Of a stretch of 64,000 nucleotides of DNA, positions 57,068 through 64,000 are shown one piece after another. The stretch is from the NCBI GenBank assembly GCA_964016885.1, contig OZ024741.1:206956001-207020000 (forward strand), read 5' to 3'. The first letter of the stretch is position 1; each line of letters begins with the position of its first letter. The stretch comes from Eledone cirrhosa (Eukaryota). Both the position numbers and the translations under genes were made by a program. A model generated the notes under the pieces. That model did not search any database and was not told the origin of the DNA. It saw nothing but the letters and a program-made list of their open reading frames with translations.

Positions 57068-57198
57068 AATATGGTTTTATAAATATAGTTACCATTTATT
57101 AATATATTGTGTATTTACTCCACTAATTTGTTGAGTGCTTTTTATCAGTTATAAAAAATGTTAAGCTTGTTGAATCCCAACAAATTAAATATAACCTC

Positions 57199-57280
<82 letters not shown>

Positions 57281-57407
57281 CATATTTACCTAATTAATAT
57301 CTAAATTCCAGTGAAGAAGTCTTGTTTCTATGTCAGAAAGCGTCTCCCCCCCCTCTCTCTCTCTATTGGTAAAAATATTTAAAATAAGACAAGAAAAACA
57401 TACATAA

Positions 57408-58241
57408 ATACATGAATGTATGTATAGTATATTTGGCAATACACCGTGTGTTTAATTAAAAACATTTTGAAGACCTTGCTCTATCATTTTTAAAGTAGTG
57501 ACTATGTCACTTCTTTATTCGGCAAAAGAAGAGAGAGAAGCTGACAGATTCTGTTTCAGGCTGTTGGCGATCCTCCCTCTCAGCATCGTACTCCCTGCCT
57601 TTGCCAAAAATTATAGAGGCTGGATTCTTGTAGAATTCCGGTAATAATCAGGAACTGATTATACAGAGCGATTGCCGGTCCAGCAAAAATTAAAAATTAG
57701 GATTGGTGCTCTAAAATACCGATGTATACATGAATGTATGTATAGTATATTTGGCAATATACCGTATGTTTAATTAAAATCATTTTGAAGACCTTGCGCT
57801 ATCATTTTTAAGGTAGTGACTATGTCACTTACTTCTTTATTCGGCAAAAGAAGGGAGAGAAGCTGACAGATTCTATTTCACGGTGTTGGCGATCCTCAGA
57901 GCATTATACATCGCTATTTCAGAGCACCAATCCTAATTTATAATTTTTGCTGGACTGGCAATCTCTTTGTATCATCAGTTCCTGATTATTACTGGAATTC
58001 TATAAGAATCCAGCCTCTATAATTTTCTGCAAAGGCTCTGAGGATCGCCAACAGCGTGAAACAAAATCTGTCAGCTTCTCTCCCTTCTTTTTCCGAATAA
58101 AGAAGTAACTGACATAGACACTACTTTAAAAATGATAGTGCAAGGTCTTCAAAATGTTTTTAATTAAACATACGGTATATTGCCAAATATATTATACATA
58201 CATTCATGTATACATCGCAATTTCAGAGCACCAATCCTAAT
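57408..58241. repeat. ~320-bp hammerhead repeat homologous to the 317-bp array (about 1.5 minus copies plus one plus copy; another fragment at ~58880-59095)
   Basis: Shared blocks GCTATTTCAGAGC, CCTGATTATT..CTATAAGAAT and CTACTTTAAAA..GGTCTTCAAAATG. Confidence 0.85.
58033..58077 (+). ncRNA. Type I hammerhead with canonical C3-G8 core
   Basis: AGGCT CTGAGGA T CGC CAACA GCG T GAAA CAAAATCTG TC AGCTT; minus copy at ~57861-57902. Confidence 0.72.
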
Positions 58242-58244
58242 ACA

Positions 58245-58545
<301 letters not shown>

Positions 58546-58599
58546 AGAGAATAAAAGGCGAAGTTCGTTCTAGATGCTAAAAAGTCCATTATTACCAAA

Positions 58600-58680
58600 G
58601 CTGTGATACATATTTCAATGACGATCGTGGCTACATGATTGTTCAATCATGTAACCGATCACGCGGTCTCATCAGACAGC
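58600..58680 (-). ncRNA. Type I hammerhead, same family as 54960-55033
   Basis: GCTGT CTGATGA GACCGCGTGATCG GTTACATGATT GAAC AATCATGTAGC CACGATCGTCATT GAAA TATGTA TC ACAGC. Confidence 0.7.
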
Positions 58681-59094
58681 ATCATTATGTAATAAGTTTT
58701 CGTTTCTGAAGCAATTCAATCTTAAGACAAGGGAACGGGCCTGGTTTTTACGGACGGTTTAAATTTGTTCCCATTTCTCGTTTGTAAAAGTTTCCTTCTA
58801 TTCTGACAGGAAAAAAACACACACATGCATAGATTTTAGTCGAATTAGCTTACAAGGAAAAACAGCAGTTAAAGACACCGTACTGGAATTCTATAAGAAT
58901 CCAGCTTCTATAATTTTCGGTGGCGCTAATGAACGCCAACCAGCTTGAAACAGACTGTCAGCTCCTCTCCCTTCTTTTGCCGAAAAGAAGTAAGTGACAA
59001 AGTCACTACTTTAAAACTGATAGCGTATGGTCTTCTAAATATTTTTAATTCAACATACGGTATATTGCCAAATATACTATACATACATTCATTC

Positions 59095-59119
<25 letters not shown>

Positions 59120-59126
<7 letters not shown>

Positions 59127-60312
59127 ATAAGAAACGAAAGGAGCTGTGTGGTTACTAAAAACAAGGTTTAGCATGGTGGTTTGGACGGAACAAGAGGAGA
59201 AAAGAAGAATCCTTCGTCAGCTGTAAACCCGCGATCCAAATGTTTCGCCGCTTATTTACAAGACATCTGGAGCGATCCGCGGTGCGCCCGAGGCCTTTTC
59301 TTAATCAAAAGACCAGGAGGAAAAGAAGAGAAAAGGATAGAAAAAGGAAGAAAAAAGAAGGTAAAGAGGAAGAACAACAAAAGGGAAAAGGATGTGAGTA
59401 GAGAGGAAGAAAGCGAAAAAGGAAGAAAAGGAGAAAAAACAGATGAACAGATCCCATCATGAGGAGACACAGAACAAAGCAACATGCAAATGAGTAACCG
59501 TAAATAAGCGCCGAAACAGCTGGATCGTGGGTTTACAGCTGACGAAGGATTCTTTCTTCTTTTCTCCTCTTGTTCCGTCCAAACCACCATTCTAAACCTT
59601 GTTTTTAGTAACCACACAGCACCTTTCGTTTCTTATCATTTTGTATGTTCCGCTGTGACCCCCCCCCCACCTCTACCTGTTTTCTTCGATCCGTGTTCCT
59701 ACCACACTTTCGCATCGACTCTCCCCTTCTCTCTTCTCTTCTCCTCCTCTCTCTCGTTTTCTCTCTCTCCCTCTCTCTATCCATCCGTTTGGTTTTGATT
59801 GTTGACATGTTTGTACGTGTCGTAAAAACTCCTCTGTTCGTAATCTTTTTAGACACGTTTTACCACTGTCGTAAACCCCTTTTGGATTATATCCTTTTCA
59901 CTTCTACCTCTCACTTCCAGTTGCTCGTGTCTCTCTTCTACGGTGGAGTCGACACGCGAATTCCCTCTTCTTGTTAGCGCATCCTACCAGGTTTGCTATA
60001 ACTTACTTTTCCTATGTTTTCACGGTTACTCATTTGCATGTTCCTTTCTCCTGTGTCTCTCCATGATGGGATCTGTTCACCTGTTTTTTTTTTCTCCTTT
60101 TTTTTTCCTTTTTCTCTTTCTTCATCTCTCCTCACCACCTTTCCCCCTTTGTTCTTCCGCTTTTCCTTCCCTTTTCTCTCCTTTTTCTCTTCTTTTTCTC
60201 GTGACCTTTTGATTAAGAAAAGGCCTCGGGCGCACTGCGGATCGCTACAGGCGTCCTGTAAATAAGCGCTGAAACATCTGGATCGCGGCTTTACAGATGA
60301 CGAAGGATTCCT
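59120..60312. repeat. Inverted/tandem purine-pyrimidine-skewed repeat family (pLTR-like)
   Basis: 59122-59258 is inverted at 59500-59641; 59207-59500 is inverted at 60022-60311. Confidence 0.85.
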
Positions 60313-60573
60313 TCCTGCCAGATTGTTGAACCTATATACTTACCTTATGCATATTAACGGCTGAGTAGCCCAATTTGCATATCGAGTGGGTTAATCGGCC
60401 GGGTGCACTGAAAACGATAAACGGAAAAAATGAAACGATATTTCATTTCCCACTCTTAGTACGGCTGTTACTTAAATATAAGTATGTACACGTGCATACA
60501 TATATGTATACCGACTCAGCCGTTAATATGCATAAGGTAAGTATATACGTTCAACAATCTGGCAGGAACGTAT

Positions 60574-60616
60574 ACGTTGCTGACGATAGCTAACAAGCTT
60601 GAAACTAGTACAGCGT
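60574..60616 (+). ncRNA. Minimal type I hammerhead of family F1 (repeat ~60320-60840)
   Basis: ACGTTG CTGACGA TAGC TAACAA GCTT GAAA CTAG TA CAGCGT; palindromic ACTAGT stem III. Confidence 0.75.
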
Positions 60617-60866
60617 TCCTTTGTCAGTGTTGAAGAAACGAGCAACGGTGGTTGCTAGACACTACGGCTTAATACGGGATGTTTGTTTACAAACACACCG
60701 AGCATTGTAATAAATATTCGGTGAATCCATACGTGCATATATATATGTGTGCATGTATGTATATATATATATATATATATATACATACTACTGTACGTCG
60801 GTATACATATATGTATGTACGTGTACATACTTATATTTATGTATAAATATATATATATATATATAT

Positions 60867-61098
60867 AGTTATACTTGGGCGGGTGGGGTCATATTGTTGT
60901 AATAATATTGCCAGAAATAATAATAACAGAACACACTCACTGTTTGGTTGGTTTTCGCTTCTGTATCTATTATATCTCCATAGTTAATTTATTTGGAAAT
61001 CAATGTTTATCATTGATTGAACAACGGTTAAAAATACAGATACAAATATATATATATAGTCTATCAAAGTTCTTTCGTTGCACATCTGCAACATCATC
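60867..61098 (-). mobile_element. Penelope pLTR fragment, inverted homologue of 34918-35150
   Basis: Minus strand GATGTTGCAGATGTGCAACGAAAGAACTTTG and AAAACCAACCAAACAGTGAGTGTG. Confidence 0.75.
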
Positions 61099-61140
61099 CT
61101 CCGATAATATTGCATTGTACTGTAATGTCTACGCCATATA

Positions 61141-61272
61141 TATTTATTAAAATAACAGATTAAAGTTTAAGCAAAGAATCGCTGCTTTCACCCTTAGCGG
61201 TATCTTCTGAAATTCAGAAGATCCCGTTAAGCGACTTTTTGCTTAAACTTTAATCTGTTATTTTAATAAATA
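61141..61272. repeat. Fold-back hairpin
   Basis: TATTTATTAAAATAACAGATTAAAGTTTAAGCAAA and its complement; centre ATCTTCTGA AAT TCAGAAGAT. Confidence 0.85.
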
Positions 61273-61415
61273 TTTGCTCTACTGTTTTTATATATTTTTA
61301 TATATATATATAATCCTTATCGCGCCCTCTTCGGATTTTATTCTTCACATTTATTATTATTTCTATATCTATATATTTACTGTTGAGCGCTTTAAATTAT
61401 AACTGAATTAAAAAA

Positions 61416-63820
61416 ATGCAATTCTTTAAGATCCCTTCTTCTCTAAAGGGCATACCTTTACCTAGGAATAAAGACTTTATAGAACAACTAATAGAAAAAT
61501 CGGACTCATTTATAAGAAGACTCAGGTGGCGAGCTTTTCATTTCGATAAATCTGATGCGAAAGAGAATATTTCCAATCTCGATAGAATCTTCAAATCCAA
61601 AAAGAATCCACCTTCCAACAAACTACTAATGGATTTTGAAAATGAGATCATCTCTATTATACAAAGCATTAAATAAAAAAAAACAACTTCGTGGGCCAGG
61701 ATTACTTAAGAAATCTCAAAAATAATATAGAAAGCTTTGAAAAAACGGAAAAAAGTCTAGTCAAGTCAGATAAAACCAACAATCTTTACGGAATGCAAAA
61801 GGATATTTATAACGATCTTATATTAAAGGAATTAAGGAAAAAATACAAAGAAAAAACAACCAGTGATGACCTTGAAAAACTAAATACGGAAGCTTCTTAC
61901 ATAATGCAGGAATTAAGCATCGAAAACAGGACACAACCCTTTATGCCTAGGAAACCAAAAATTAATATGAAGGACCATAAAAGAAACTTTGAAATTGAAT
62001 TACCAGTTAGATTGATTGCACCATCTAAATCAGACCTTGGCATACTTAGCAAGAATATTTTAGACAGAATCATACCACAAATTAAGGAACTATCTTATTT
62101 AAAATTATGGAAAGGGACTAATGAAGTTATCGACTGTTTTAAGGACATTAAATATAACTATAATAATAAATTTATTCAATTGGATATTGCTAATTATTAC
62201 TCATCCATCACCCCTAATCTACTTAATAAAGCCCTCACATATGAAGTTAAACTTACAGACTTAACTAGTAATGAAATGCACATTATCTTAACTGCATGGA
62301 AAACATTAATTAAATTTAACAACGGTGGATTGGCAGTATCGGTAGAGGGTCGGACGCCATGCTTTCCAGCATAGTTACGTCCCTTTGCGATCTGAGTTCA
62401 AATCCCGCCGAGGTTGGCTTTGCCTTTCATCCTTACGGGGTCGATAAAATAAATTACCAGTAATGCACTGGGTATGTTGCTGGCCTTGTGCCTAAAGTAG
62501 AAACAATTAATTAAATTTAACAACCACCTTTGGACTAGAGCAGACAGAGATAGTAATTTCGATATTACTATGGGGTCATCCGATTACGCACAAATAACGG
62601 ATCTTGTGGGGCTTTTTATTAATAATATTCTACATAGGAAAATACCGGAGATGACTAGAGGTTTATATCGCGACGATATGCTACTACTTATAGAAAATAA
62701 TAATAACTGTGAAATAAATAGAAAAAGAAAAGAAATTATACAATTTTTTAATTGCCTTAATCTTAAAGTAGAAGTAGAGAATAATTATAAAATAGTTAAC
62801 TTTCTAGATGTAACTATAACAGGCCTTTATTATCCATTTCACAAAATAAATGAGAACTTAAACTACGTTAACTTTAATTCCAATCACCCCAGATCCGTTA
62901 AAAACACTATAGTAAATTCTGTGCAGCAACGTATTTCTAGAATTTCAGCTAATAGGAATATTTTTGAAGATAAAGCGTTGGGTAGAGCTGGATATAGTAA
63001 TAAAATTAAATACATTGATAATAATGATGTGCCAACTAACCATAACTTTAAAAACTATAATAGAAAACCTTACAATAACTCGAAAAGCAAAAAAGAAATA
63101 GAACTAGAAATATATTATGGTTCGCTCCCCCTTTCTCATTAAGTATTAAAACTTCTATTGCTAAATTATTCTTTAAAGCTCTAGATAAATGCTTTCCTAC
63201 AACACATAGGTATTACTCAATATTTAATAGACATACTATAAAATTATCGTATTCCACCACTAATAATTTAGCGAAGAATATTAATAGAATTAATAATAGA
63301 AACTTAAAACCTAACCAGAATACCATTAATAACCCTAGCAATATCCAATATGATAGTACGGCTCCTAGTAACTTAAATTTGGATAAATGTAACTGTAGAA
63401 ATAAATCTAACTGTCCTCTAAATAATAATTGTTTAGTTAAAAATATAGTATATAATTGTAATGTAAAAACTAATATAAATTCCTTTAATTATGTAGGATC
63501 TACCTCCACAGATTTTTAAGTCCCGTTTTAATAACCATAAATGCTCTTATACGAATATAGGTAAAAAATCTTCAGCTTCTCTATCTAATTTACTATGGGA
63601 CCTAAAATCAAAGAACATTAACTACTCTTTACTTTGGAATATTATCTCCAAAGCTCCTTCATTCAATGCTTCATCTGAAAATTGTGCTCTTTGTATAGAA
63701 GAAATATTCTTTATATTAAAAAGTAAAAATTCTGTTAATTTAAGGAATAACTTATTCAGTTCTTGTAAACATCGGTTGAATTCAACGTTTAAATATATAT
63801 ATATACAATGTAATACATAA
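61416..63820 (+). pseudogene. Decayed Naiad-like Penelope ORF (RT plus GIY-YIG) interrupted by a SINE
   Basis: SLKGIPLP..RRLRWRAFHF, KSDKTNN, MKDHK, FIQLDI, MGSSDYAQITDLVG, GLYRDDML, CNCRNKSNCPLNNNCL..IVY..YVGST; multiple stops and frameshifts. Confidence 0.9.
62324..62505 (+). mobile_element. Full-length SINE with 19-bp TSD
   Basis: TSD ATTAATTAAATTTAACAAC at 62305-62323 and 62506-62524; A and B boxes present. Confidence 0.93.
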
Positions 63821-64000
63821 TTCATCTCTTTTACACAATTACATAATATCCTCTATTATTATTACACCTATCGATAAATCATTAGATTCCTTTTATATGA
63901 CTGCTTGTAACTATCTTAAAGAAAATAAAATTTTTTCTTGAAAAATTTTTCTTGATAAACGTACTGAAGGATTTTTTGAAAATTCATATTTTATATTGTG

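Noticed and set aside
62324-62410. tRNA gene
   Set aside because: The A and B boxes belong to a multi-copy SINE head; there is no complete cloverleaf.

Overview
AT-rich, microsatellite-dense eukaryotic DNA made almost entirely of transposable elements. I could not identify an intact host gene. The tRNA-derived SINEs resemble octopod cephalopod SINEs as I recall them (inference, not checked). In order: a decayed Chapaev3-like transposase (0.2-1.8 kb); two tandem Helitrons (2.9-9.8 kb), the second with a broken RepHel; SINE clusters; three R4/Dong-type RLE retrotransposon units ending in (TAA)n, one a chimera of the other two (19.8-31.3 kb); Tx1/L1-like fragments (31.3-34.6 kb); and several Penelope-like elements (PLEs) from two lineages, one Naiad-like (34.6-64 kb). 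The main signal not shown by the ORF track is about 20 type I hammerhead-ribozyme (HHR) motifs, intact or degenerate, in at least 8 repeat families. The best case is a near-identical 317-bp tandem array (55.3-56.9 kb) whose HHR has a compensatory U3-A8 core, next to a homologous ~320-bp family with the canonical C3-G8 core. This is a candidate non-LTR retrozyme / circular RNA system mobilised by PLEs. All folds were read by eye and none was tested.
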